Below, piece after piece: positions 37,104-46,193 of a stretch of 64,000 bases of DNA. Origin of the DNA: Rhodospirillaceae bacterium (GTDB taxonomy: Bacteria > Pseudomonadota > Alphaproteobacteria > Thalassobaculales > Thalassobaculaceae). The DNA lies in NCBI GenBank assembly GCA_002722775.1, contig PBMU01000004.1, positions 48,224-112,223 of the forward strand. The letters run 5' to 3'. Position numbers and translations under genes: made by a program. The notes below the pieces were generated by a model. That model did no database searches, had not been told where the DNA came from, and saw only the letters and a program-made list of their open reading frames with translations. How positions within the stretch are numbered: position 1 is the stretch's first letter; each line of letters starts with the position of its first letter.

Positions 37104-37114
37104 GTACTTTGCAC
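37098..37114. promoter_or_regulatory. Operator-like palindrome GTGCAA-N5-TTGCAC
   Basis: 6-bp perfect arms with a 5-bp spacer, overlapping the candidate -35. Confidence 0.3.
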
Positions 37115-37359
37115 AAAAATAATTACTACTAATAGCAGTCTGACACACTGGTAGTGCCACTCCCTCATTACTGTTAGCAGTCACTTACATTCCAGGCCAG
37201 TATGGGTAGGGGTGTGGGAATTTTTTATGCTAGTCCGGCGAATGTCCTAAATAGGGGTTTCTAAAATTCCGCCAAAATTTTGAGCTAACATATACATACT
37301 ACCACTAGCCTCCACACCGTCCCCGCCACTTCCCTAGTACTGCTAATTACTAATATGCC

Positions 37360-37388
37360 TTGACCCGCCACCGCCGCCGCCCTATAAT
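37360..37388 (+). promoter_or_regulatory. Near-consensus sigma70 promoter for the plus (virion) arm
   Basis: TTGACC - 17 nt (cgccaccgccgccgccc) - TATAAT, about 50 nt upstream of the GAGGAG RBS and GTG start at 37438. Confidence 0.7.
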
Positions 37389-37437
37389 AATGCATATACA
37401 TGAGTTATTCCTGACCCCCTAGCCCTGAGGAGCCGCC

Positions 37438-37977
37438 GTGGACCGTAATACTAAGATAGTAGTAGAGCTGCTTTCCAAGTCCAGCCTGCGCCCAGTAGAT
37501 ATAGCAGATATGTTTGATGTTAGTGAGTCTGCCATTGCTAATATTGCATCACAGTACTCTACTGAGATTGCTAATGCTAAGGCTACTAAATCTGTCACTG
37601 ATATGGCTATGGATGCACGACTGGAGAATCTGGAAGCTACACTACTGAATCAGATTGAGGCCAAGGCACCCTTTGAGACGGATTTGCGAGTACTAGCAGG
37701 ACTGTACAAAGTAATCAATGGTGCTACTCGTCGTGTAGAGAAACAACAAGGACCTGCTACTGCTACTGCCAGCATAGTACTGAATCAACGCTTTGTGCAG
37801 AATAATATTACATTCTCCAAAGATAGTGCTGGCAGGGTAGTGCAGGTCGCCGATAATAAGCTACAGACTGCTAGTGCTGACCATGTACGTGAAATGGCAT
37901 CACAGCTATTACTGGAAGCGGATACAACAACTACTGTTACCCCTGATGAGGAGATTGACGAAAGTGATTTCAACTAA
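37438..37977 (+). CDS. Small terminase subunit candidate, 179 aa, C-terminus ...DEEIDESDFN
   Basis: GTG start with GAGGAG 6 nt upstream. N-terminal HTH-like segment (RPVDIADMFDVSESAIANIASQY). First gene of the arm, two genes upstream of TerL. Confidence 0.45.
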   Translation: MDRNTKIVVELLSKSSLRPVDIADMFDVSESAIANIASQYSTEIANAKATKSVTDMAMDARLENLEATLLNQIEAKAPFETDLRVLAGLYKVINGATRRVEKQQGPATATASIVLNQRFVQNNITFSKDSAGRVVQVADNKLQTASADHVREMASQLLLEADTTTTVTPDEEIDESDFN

Positions 37978-38014
37978 TACCATTAACCAACCCAACCAAC
38001 TAAGGAGCATTCCA

Positions 38015-38158
38015 ATGAACGCTACTGTAAAGATTGACCGTAAAGTATTGCATACTGAGGGCCGTGTCCGTGACGCACGTCGTGGCATCTCACTGCTGCG
38101 TAATGCATTAACCTCTACTCGTAAAGCTGCACAGCCAGTAGTACGGAGTGTCGCATAA
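38015..38158 (+). CDS. Small basic protein, 47 aa
   Basis: AAGGAGcattcca-ATG. Its stop TAA directly abuts the TerL ATG (TAAATG). This is the downstream part of track ORF 37874..38158. Confidence 0.5.
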   Translation: MNATVKIDRKVLHTEGRVRDARRGISLLRNALTSTRKAAQPVVRSVA

Positions 38159-39724
38159 ATGCAAAACCTAGTAGAACAGTATTCTAATGCTGAAAGAGTG
38201 GTAACAGTACATTCTCAAGAGATAATCGAGCAGATGAAAATCGACTTGAATACTTTTGCTAATGTACTGTTGCCCGAAGAATTTACTGCTGACTTCTCAA
38301 ATGAACACGTACTAATGTGGACATTAATGATAGAGTCAGTAGAGAAGGATTACATAGATGAATCTATCTTTGATAAGTTTGCACTAGGCTTACCACGGGG
38401 CCATGCTAAGACTACACTACTCAAACTACTAGTAGTATACATCATACTATTCACCAAACGCCGATTCGTCCTAGTAATGTGCAGCACTGCTCGCAAGGCG
38501 CAGGCATTTGTAGAAGACGTTATACTGCTACTGGATAGTCCCAACGTAATAGCACTATTTGGACAGTGGGATGCAGACGCCCTTAAGAGTAATGCTGAGA
38601 TTCGCAAGTTCCAGTTCTGTGGCCGCCGCATCATACTCAAGCCTAGTGGTACTGGCGGTTCTGTTCGTGGTATCAGTGAGGACTTCCAGCGCCCAGACGT
38701 CATGATACTAGATGACATACAGGAGAAGGAAGACGCCGAATCTGAAGAACTAGCAGAGAAGTTACTAGACTGGTTCCTGTCTACACTACTGAAGGCCCGT
38801 AATCTGCGGCGCTGCTCAGTGATATATCTAGGTAATATGTATCGTGACTTAGAGATTGGACGTACTGGTAGTGGTATCTATGCCTGTATACTGCGTAACT
38901 TGGAGAAGAATCCAGAATGGACTAGTATGATAGTAGGTGCCATACTAGCCAATGGTAAGGCACTGTGGGAAGCAGTAGTTAGTAAGAAGTCACTACTATC
39001 AGACTTGAATCAGGATACTAAGCTAGGCAAAGAGGACATATTCTTCGCAGAGTCTATGAATGACCCTAGTGTTAAGACTAGTATGTACTGGAATCCTAGT
39101 AAGATACCAGATGTAGCCTATACTCCCTATGATATAGTAATAGGTAAGTATCTAGTAATAGACCCGTCACTAGGTAAGAAGAAGAGTGATGACCAGACAG
39201 TGTGTGAGTACCACGTCTATGACGAGACTGGTCCAGTAATGGTAGAGGCCCGAGTAATACAGAAGTCTGCTCCTCAACTAGTAAAGGAAGTACTACTATG
39301 GGCCATGACTAAGCGTATACCAGTAATAGCAGTAGAGTCTGTGGCATACCAAGGGACACTAGTACAATGGATAGAGCACTTCACCTATGAGCTTGGTATT
39401 AAAGGTGTGGATGTAATACCAGTAACTCCCAAGGGATTTAGTAAGACATCACGGATACTAGCCTACATGAAGTCACTAATGACAGGATTCAGTAAGGCAT
39501 TACCAGCACCATTAGCATTAGTATCCCATCAGGCCTCCTTCTACAAGCCTACTAGAACTGACAATGTGGACGATTTACTAGATAATGGTGCGTACGGAGA
39601 GCAAGTATTCCTAGATCACGCCAATGAGTATCTACTACCATTAGAGTCAGACTTTGAAGAAGTGGAAGACCCTAATAGGCCTAAGCATCCAGCAATACTA
39701 CCAGACGTTCGCGTTCCAGATTAG
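38159..39724 (+). CDS. Terminase large subunit, 521 aa
   Basis: Walker A-like LPRGHAKTTLL. Walker B DVMILDDIQE. C-terminal nuclease-type acidic residues (LVIDPSLGKKKSDD, IAVESVAYQ). Confidence 0.8.
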   Translation: MQNLVEQYSNAERVVTVHSQEIIEQMKIDLNTFANVLLPEEFTADFSNEHVLMWTLMIESVEKDYIDESIFDKFALGLPRGHAKTTLLKLLVVYIILFTKRRFVLVMCSTARKAQAFVEDVILLLDSPNVIALFGQWDADALKSNAEIRKFQFCGRRIILKPSGTGGSVRGISEDFQRPDVMILDDIQEKEDAESEELAEKLLDWFLSTLLKARNLRRCSVIYLGNMYRDLEIGRTGSGIYACILRNLEKNPEWTSMIVGAILANGKALWEAVVSKKSLLSDLNQDTKLGKEDIFFAESMNDPSVKTSMYWNPSKIPDVAYTPYDIVIGKYLVIDPSLGKKKSDDQTVCEYHVYDETGPVMVEARVIQKSAPQLVKEVLLWAMTKRIPVIAVESVAYQGTLVQWIEHFTYELGIKGVDVIPVTPKGFSKTSRILAYMKSLMTGFSKALPAPLALVSHQASFYKPTRTDNVDDLLDNGAYGEQVFLDHANEYLLPLESDFEEVEDPNRPKHPAILPDVRVPD

Positions 39725-39744
39725 CACTAACAAGAGAGAAGACA

Positions 39745-41610
39745 ATGGCTACTACAGCTGCTACCAAATTATCCAAGGTTTCCCAGAGACTACTAGTGTC
39801 CTATATCAATAACCGCTTCCTAGAGTTCCCAATGGAGAATACTAGAACGCGGCTTGAAGCTATTGATAAGGCTATTCAGCTAGAGTCTGACAAGCGTAAG
39901 AAGGTCCGTAAGGAAATGAAGAAGGACTTCTACCAGGACACAGAGATTGCTACTGTTCGTTCGCCTGTTAGTAAGCTGGCTAACTTCCTTATTGATATGT
40001 TCGCTGGTCCTAAGATGTTCGAGAGTGTTAGTAATACTCGTGGCAATGAAGAACAGGTGAAGCAGCAGAACGCTGTTATTGATGAGAATAGTGCTGCCTC
40101 TAACTGGACACGGGAAATGATACTGTACTTCCGTGATATTGCTAAGTACCCATATGCTGCTATTAGCTGTAACTGGGAACGTGAAGCCACTATGTCAGTA
40201 CTGTCTGATAATACAGACCCTGATGCTACTGCTGCTGGTGCCGCCGTTAAGACAGTAGAGCGTGAAGGTAATGTGCTACGACGGAAGGACCCATACAATT
40301 CTTTCTACGATACGTCAGTACCACTAAACGAAGTTCACTCTAAGGGTGAATTCAGTGGTGAGATTATGCGTATGTCACAAGTAGCACTATACAAGCTAAT
40401 ACAGAACTTGCAGCTTGGTGATGATACTGTGATGAACGAAGAGCATGTATGGGGCAAAGCCAGTACTAGTGGTAAGCACTATCGCCGGCCGGATGTACTA
40501 CCAGAACATGATAAGGAAGAGCAGAATCTTGGCTGGGGTAATGGATTTTTCCGCGAACTGGGCATTAATGATAGTATGCAAATGAAGAAGCTAGAAAAGC
40601 TGAATCAAGGAGCACGCTATGAAGTAGTACGCTTCAATGCACGTATCATACCATCAATGTTCAACATGAAAGTACCAGCAGAGAACGATGTTCAAATCTG
40701 GCAGATATACATGGTGAACTGGGATACTATCATCTATGCCAAGCGACTAGCGAATGCTCACTCCTATCTACCAGACATCTACACTCAAGTACTGGAAGAT
40801 GGTCTTGGCGAGCAGACTAAGTCCTATGCAGAACTAGTGATACCAATGCAGAATGTTAGTACTGCTATCATGGACTGTCACTTAGCCTCTATGAAGCGCT
40901 CACTGGATGACAGGGCACTATTCGACTCTGCTCGTATTAAGCGTACGGACATTGATGGTACTAATCCATCTGCTAAAATAGCAGTACGCACCAACATGGC
41001 AAAGCCCGGTCTTAGCGATGCCTATCTACCAATACCATTCCGTGACGACAACGGCGCTACCAGGCTCAACACAATGGCAGTACTGGCAAACTTAGCCAAC
41101 GAAGCAGTAGGATTCAATCGTCCTCAGCAGGGCCAGTTCCAGAAGGGTAATAAGACTCTGGGCGAGTTCAATGAAGTAATGAATAATGCTGACGACGACC
41201 TGCGTACTATCGCTAAGCTAGTGCACGGTGTGGCAATGGTACCACTGAAGCATATGATTAAGACTAATATCATTCAGTACCAGCCAGTAACCACTGTCGT
41301 CGACCGTAACGGTGAGCGTATTGATGTTAACCCTGCTACTATCCGTAGAGCTGCAATGCAATTCAAACTAGCAGACGGCCTCACTGATAAGGACCAGATT
41401 CTGGACCTGCCTACTGCTAATACTATGCTGAACCTAGTAATGCAGATTCCAGCGCTACAGCAGCGGTATGACGTAGTAGGACTAATCAACTACATATTCA
41501 GTAGTGTTGGTTTCGATACCTCACAATTTGATAATGGCGGCCAAGGTGGTAATACTCCGGGAGCTGCTGGACAACCACCAACTGGAGGCGCAAATGCACC
41601 ACAACAGTAA
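39745..41610 (+). CDS. Portal protein, 621 aa
   Basis: Size and position immediately after TerL. Gly/Pro-rich C-terminal tail. No motif-level proof. Confidence 0.65.
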   Translation: MATTAATKLSKVSQRLLVSYINNRFLEFPMENTRTRLEAIDKAIQLESDKRKKVRKEMKKDFYQDTEIATVRSPVSKLANFLIDMFAGPKMFESVSNTRGNEEQVKQQNAVIDENSAASNWTREMILYFRDIAKYPYAAISCNWEREATMSVLSDNTDPDATAAGAAVKTVEREGNVLRRKDPYNSFYDTSVPLNEVHSKGEFSGEIMRMSQVALYKLIQNLQLGDDTVMNEEHVWGKASTSGKHYRRPDVLPEHDKEEQNLGWGNGFFRELGINDSMQMKKLEKLNQGARYEVVRFNARIIPSMFNMKVPAENDVQIWQIYMVNWDTIIYAKRLANAHSYLPDIYTQVLEDGLGEQTKSYAELVIPMQNVSTAIMDCHLASMKRSLDDRALFDSARIKRTDIDGTNPSAKIAVRTNMAKPGLSDAYLPIPFRDDNGATRLNTMAVLANLANEAVGFNRPQQGQFQKGNKTLGEFNEVMNNADDDLRTIAKLVHGVAMVPLKHMIKTNIIQYQPVTTVVDRNGERIDVNPATIRRAAMQFKLADGLTDKDQILDLPTANTMLNLVMQIPALQQRYDVVGLINYIFSSVGFDTSQFDNGGQGGNTPGAAGQPPTGGANAPQQ

Positions 41611-41884
41611 GCTCACACAACAATTAGTAGAAGCCTTTGAAGGTAATATTGACGAGTCTGCATTCGTCATTACCGACGAAGCTGCGGCCTTCCTAGGAGC
41701 ACTAGTAGCAACTAAGCGCGGAGAACAGATATCACTACTCCGTAATTATGCTACTACCGAAGGTAAGGAAATAGCAATCACAGAGATTCGCCGGATAGAG
41801 GCAGTAATAGATACCTTGGAGTATCTAGTAGACCTATCCAGCATTAATGTTAGTAACCACAACCCCAATGCCAATCAGGAGTAA
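41594..41884 (+). CDS. Hypothetical head-module protein, 96 aa
   Basis: Start set at ATG 41594 (GGAGGcgcaa-ATG). The track start 41504 would overlap the portal gene by 107 nt. Confidence 0.55.
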   Translation: MHHNSKLTQQLVEAFEGNIDESAFVITDEAAAFLGALVATKRGEQISLLRNYATTEGKEIAITEIRRIEAVIDTLEYLVDLSSINVSNHNPNANQE

Positions 41885-41889
41885 TACCC

Positions 41890-42714
41890 ATGAGTCAATT
41901 TAGTTCACAAGGCCAGCAAGGTGGCCACCCAACAGCAGTACCTTCAAGCAATGCATCATTCAGTGCTGGTGCAGACCCGTTCAGCGGTGGTAATGAAGGT
42001 AACATCTTTGACCAAGCGGCAATGCGTCAACAGCAGCAAGCAAACCAGCCTACTGGTGGTAACCCTAGTGGCCTGCCGAATAATCCTACGCCGCCGCAGA
42101 CAACTAATGGTATGGAGACTGGCCCCTTCTCTATAGGGCCTCAGGCAGGACCGTCCTCACTTGATAAATATATGAAGAAACCTGATAATAGCGGTAAAGG
42201 TGAACAGCAACAACCAACGCCACTAGACCCGTTCTCCTTCACTAACGCTGAGTACTCTAAGCTACTGCAACAGCAGAACTTTGTACCAGAAATTAGTCAG
42301 GATACACTAGCAGCGTTTGCACAGGGTGACTTCTCTGGACTAACAGATATTATTAATCAGGCAGTACAAGCAGGCGCATCAATGTCAGCGCACTTCGCTA
42401 CTCAGATTAGTAATAAAGGTGTACAACATCATCTTAACCAGTTCCGTGATACTACTCTGCCGGGCATCTTCGATGAGCACTCATTGAATAATGAGTTCAA
42501 TAACATCGAGTCAGATGTACTGAAACACCCAACGTTCCAGCCATTAGTGAAGTCTAAGATGCAGGAATTTAAGGCCCAGTATCCAGACGCTACTAATGCG
42601 CAAATTGTTGATGCTACTCGTCGCTTCTTTGAAGATGCAATGGGACAATTCAACACTCCGTCGCCAGAACAGCGACCAGCTAAAAGCTCTATTGGAGAGT
42701 TCTTTAAATCGTAA
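41890..42714 (+). CDS. Scaffolding protein candidate, 274 aa
   Basis: Q/P/G-rich N-terminus and helical C-terminus. Lies between the portal and major capsid genes. Confidence 0.5.
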   Translation: MSQFSSQGQQGGHPTAVPSSNASFSAGADPFSGGNEGNIFDQAAMRQQQQANQPTGGNPSGLPNNPTPPQTTNGMETGPFSIGPQAGPSSLDKYMKKPDNSGKGEQQQPTPLDPFSFTNAEYSKLLQQQNFVPEISQDTLAAFAQGDFSGLTDIINQAVQAGASMSAHFATQISNKGVQHHLNQFRDTTLPGIFDEHSLNNEFNNIESDVLKHPTFQPLVKSKMQEFKAQYPDATNAQIVDATRRFFEDAMGQFNTPSPEQRPAKSSIGEFFKS

Positions 42715-42735
42715 TAACAGAGAGAGGATAATAGA

Positions 42736-43944
42736 ATGCAATTCTATAATACCAATGACTTACCAAATGACTTAGCGGAGCTCTCCTATGCTGCTAACAT
42801 TGCGCGCCTTTTCCCTAATGGTGAGGCGCCTCTGTTTGCTATGAGTGGCTTAGCGCGTAAAGTCAAAGCACTGCAAACACTTCACAGCTACTGGTCTAAG
42901 ACCATGCAGTTCGGTGCTATCACTATGGGTGCCGCCGCTACTGTTGGAGCTACTACGCTGACAGTGCAGGACAGTTCTACTGTAACAGTGAATGATATCC
43001 TGCGTCACTCGAAAGCGTTTGTAGGTGGAGTGTTCACACCGCCTGAACTGTTGCTGGTAACCGGCATTACCGATGCTACTACCATTACTGTTGTGCGTGG
43101 TTTCCAAGGTACTACTGCGGCAGCTATTCCGGATACTACCAAGCTTGCTGTTATCGGTAATGCGTACGCAGAAGGTTCAGCGACGCCACCTGCAACCTCC
43201 ATCCTGCCAGTGAACCATGTGAACTATACTCACATCTTCCGTAATGGCTGGGCACAGTCCAAAACACTAGCAGCTGTTCAGCAAATTGTTGGTGATGGTA
43301 CTGTTGCAGAAAACAAACGTGATGCCAGTAACTTCCATGCTCGTGACATTGAGCTTGCTACGTTCTTCTCACGTCGTGGCCAGTCTATCCGTAACGGTCA
43401 ACCGTTACATACTATGGCAGGTCTGGAGCAACTGGTAGAAGAAAACTCGCCTACTAACATTAAGGAAGCTGGCGCTACTACCACGTTCAAGCAATTGCGT
43501 GACATGATTGACCCACTGTTCGACACCCGTATGGACGGCTCTAGCGATAATAGTCGAGTAGCCTACTGCGGTAAAACTGCACTGAATGTTGTTAATGACA
43601 TCGGTCGTCTATCAGGCGAGTACCAGATTGTTGATGGTCAGACTAACTTCGGATTGAAGTTTAAGACTCTGGTACTACCACGCGGTACTATCCGCCTGAT
43701 TGAACACCCAATCTTTAACACATTCCCAGACTGGCAGAAGCTGATGGTAGTAGGGGAGCTATCCAGCTTTGACTTCGCTTATCTGGAAGGTCGTGATACT
43801 GAAGTAACCTATATCAACGAAGATAAGAAGGCTACTGACGGTACTGACGCCACTGGCGGTGTTCTTACTACTGAGCTCACTATTCAGTTGAAGAACCCTC
43901 ATGCCTGGGGCTTCATTCACAACCTGCGGGATGCAGCAGCGTAA
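42736..43944 (+). CDS. Major capsid protein, 402 aa
   Basis: Position after the scaffold gene. Codon usage differs from the neighbours (CTG/CGT/GGT/ACC-rich; only 2 CTAG in 1.2 kb). Followed by the strongest terminator in the window. Confidence 0.75.
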   Translation: MQFYNTNDLPNDLAELSYAANIARLFPNGEAPLFAMSGLARKVKALQTLHSYWSKTMQFGAITMGAAATVGATTLTVQDSSTVTVNDILRHSKAFVGGVFTPPELLLVTGITDATTITVVRGFQGTTAAAIPDTTKLAVIGNAYAEGSATPPATSILPVNHVNYTHIFRNGWAQSKTLAAVQQIVGDGTVAENKRDASNFHARDIELATFFSRRGQSIRNGQPLHTMAGLEQLVEENSPTNIKEAGATTTFKQLRDMIDPLFDTRMDGSSDNSRVAYCGKTALNVVNDIGRLSGEYQIVDGQTNFGLKFKTLVLPRGTIRLIEHPIFNTFPDWQKLMVVGELSSFDFAYLEGRDTEVTYINEDKKATDGTDATGGVLTTELTIQLKNPHAWGFIHNLRDAAA

Positions 43945-44001
43945 TTAGCTGTAGCAGTAGCATGTAATCCTAACACCGTGTGAGCGACAGGTGGGACCAT
44001 T

Positions 44002-44036
44002 GGCTTACTAGGTTTTCGCTTAGTAAGCCTTTTTTA
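44002..44036 (+). terminator. Rho-independent terminator after the capsid gene
   Basis: GGCTTACTA-ggttttcgct-TAGTAAGCC followed by TTTTTTAT. Confidence 0.85.
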
Positions 44037-44059
44037 TATCTATTACATCGAGGCGTTTT

Positions 44060-44665
44060 ATGACTCTTCAAGAAATGTTGGACGCACTAGTAGTGGAAAC
44101 GCGCATGGAAGTTTACCGCGCACAACTACTACGTCGCTTACAGGAAGCTATCAGAGGATTGCATAGCGCTGCACTATTTTCTCGGGATAAACGAAGTGCT
44201 ATTACTGATACATCCGGATTAACTAGTCAGAAGTTTTCTCTACCGTTTCCAGAGAACTGCACTAAGCTAGCAGTAATACGTCCAGTAGCAAGTGAAGGAG
44301 GGCCACTAACTCTGACCACTCACAATGATTGCTATACACCAATAGAGGACGAATCATTGCTGAATGGCATAGACGGTAGTCCACTGATTGATTACTACCA
44401 TGCCAAGGATACAGCAGTATATATCTACAGCAGTATTATACCCCCGAAGATTTTTATGAGCTGGTACCAGCTTCCTGACACTACCGATATGTCACTACAG
44501 ACATGGCTAATGGAGCGTCACCCACAGGCAATCATGGACTGGGCCTTAGCGCGCTTCTGGCGTGTTAATGGTAAAGAGAATATTGCCAGTCAGATAGAGC
44601 GCACACTGTACTCTGTCGATATACCGAATATTATTAATACGTATGCTACAGAAGAAGAACTGTAG
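44060..44665 (+). CDS. Head-tail adaptor / tail-tubular-A-type protein candidate, 201 aa
   Basis: GAGGcgtttt-ATG. Size and position resemble T7 gp11. No motif evidence. Confidence 0.4.
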   Translation: MTLQEMLDALVVETRMEVYRAQLLRRLQEAIRGLHSAALFSRDKRSAITDTSGLTSQKFSLPFPENCTKLAVIRPVASEGGPLTLTTHNDCYTPIEDESLLNGIDGSPLIDYYHAKDTAVYIYSSIIPPKIFMSWYQLPDTTDMSLQTWLMERHPQAIMDWALARFWRVNGKENIASQIERTLYSVDIPNIINTYATEEEL

Positions 44666-44690
44666 GGTACATTACTAGGAGAACACTATC

Positions 44691-46193
44691 ATGGCCTTTG
44701 TAGTGACTGCGACATCAGAAGGTACTGTTAAGTCAGGAACGTACCATAGTATGCGAGTAGATGTTATTGACTTTGACGCTCCTATTGCTAGTGTGGCATG
44801 GGTACAGACTAGTGGTATAGCCACTAAGATTGGAGAGCCTACGAAATCAGTAACACGTCAACGTACTCCACGCGTAGGTGAAGATTCAGTAGTGGGCTAT
44901 CAGGTTACTGTTACTGATGCTCAGGGCGCCACCGCCACAGCCACTACATCTATCACTATCGAAGGTGAAGCATTCGACTCAGACAAACTGAACTTAATCA
45001 GTAAGGATTTGAATGGCGGAGTATCACTGTGGTCGTACACCTGTATCAATACTCTGGCACAGCTTACTGCTGCAGGCTTCTGGGACTCAGCCATAGGATT
45101 GGAACCGTTTGATATTATTAAGGTGCATTGCGCTGATGGTCCTCATGAGCTACAACTGGTTGGAGGAGCAGCTCAACACATCAATAGTATACAGAATAAA
45201 GTAGCAGTAGCTACCCAAGGGCAAGGAAGAAACAGAGAATATCCCACATTACGTAAATTGGATACAAACCCCCTACTACTCCCTGCGGACCAGAGCGCAA
45301 GCTCACTAATGTGGCCCTATCTTGTAGATTTATCTGTTAGTGGCGAGGAAGGTTATGCGCTATTCTGGGCTACGGACCACTCCAACCATGTAGGCTCGGG
45401 AACATGGATGGCTACTGCTCCTACACCCTTAGGGCCATGGAAGCATCATGGTATGGTCTTTCGAGATGATGTTACTGGAGGAGAGCAGCATGAGACTCCC
45501 AGCGTGGTATGGGATGAAGTTAACTCACGCTGGCTGCAGTACTATCAACTTAAATTTGTTCCCGGATATATCAACCAGCTTACACTAGTAGCTACTGCTG
45601 ACCGCGTTACAAATGCCGATGGCACTCCCACTACATGGACAGTTATCGGAGTAGCTATTCCAGAGTATTATACCAATAATGCAGGTGACGGGCATACGGG
45701 CTACTTCAAACCTTTCCGCTATGACGGTGGCTGGTATGGATTCGGGCTATACGGTGGAACTGATAATAGTAGAAAGGCTTTTTATACTTCTTATAATAAT
45801 GGCCTGACTTACCAGCCACATCCGCAAGTATTACAAAACGGGCAACACCTACTAGCACATCTAGAAGGCTTTGACCCAGAGAACTGGATGATTAAGCATA
45901 ACTCAGGCGCCACTGTTGTCTATAATAACCAGCTATGGTTGATTGCACCAGCAGGGGCTGGAGCGTCCGGTGGTGCAGAAATTCCTATGGGTAAAATATG
46001 TGCCTTCCGTGTTGGTAGCGATGGAGTAACACTAGGCAAGGCTGTGGATATAACCCCGCCACTACAGGCATGGGAAGACCAGACACTTGGAGTAGACCAA
46101 TTGGGCAGTGCTGTTATGTGGCAAGGCAGAATGTATGTAGTGTATCGTCAAGGCGGTGGTGACGGTGGGTTTGGACTGATGGAGGTTTTATAA
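44691..46193 (+). CDS. Tailspike-like protein 1, 500 aa: shared N-terminal anchor module plus putative glycosidase/beta-propeller-like domain
   Basis: ctAGGAGa RBS. The N-terminal ~160 aa are paralogous to the 46943/1298 protein. The C-terminal part has WATDHSNH, LGPWKHHG and ETPSVVWD motifs reminiscent of GH32/43-type propellers (weak evidence). Confidence 0.5.
   Translation: MAFVVTATSEGTVKSGTYHSMRVDVIDFDAPIASVAWVQTSGIATKIGEPTKSVTRQRTPRVGEDSVVGYQVTVTDAQGATATATTSITIEGEAFDSDKLNLISKDLNGGVSLWSYTCINTLAQLTAAGFWDSAIGLEPFDIIKVHCADGPHELQLVGGAAQHINSIQNKVAVATQGQGRNREYPTLRKLDTNPLLLPADQSASSLMWPYLVDLSVSGEEGYALFWATDHSNHVGSGTWMATAPTPLGPWKHHGMVFRDDVTGGEQHETPSVVWDEVNSRWLQYYQLKFVPGYINQLTLVATADRVTNADGTPTTWTVIGVAIPEYYTNNAGDGHTGYFKPFRYDGGWYGFGLYGGTDNSRKAFYTSYNNGLTYQPHPQVLQNGQHLLAHLEGFDPENWMIKHNSGATVVYNNQLWLIAPAGAGASGGAEIPMGKICAFRVGSDGVTLGKAVDITPPLQAWEDQTLGVDQLGSAVMWQGRMYVVYRQGGGDGGFGLMEVL

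Noticed and set aside
1-45645. Lysogeny or mobile-element functions (integrase, repressor, transposase, att sites)
   Set aside because: None of the translated ORFs shows integrase, recombinase or transposase motifs. The genome reads as a strictly lytic podovirus-like phage.
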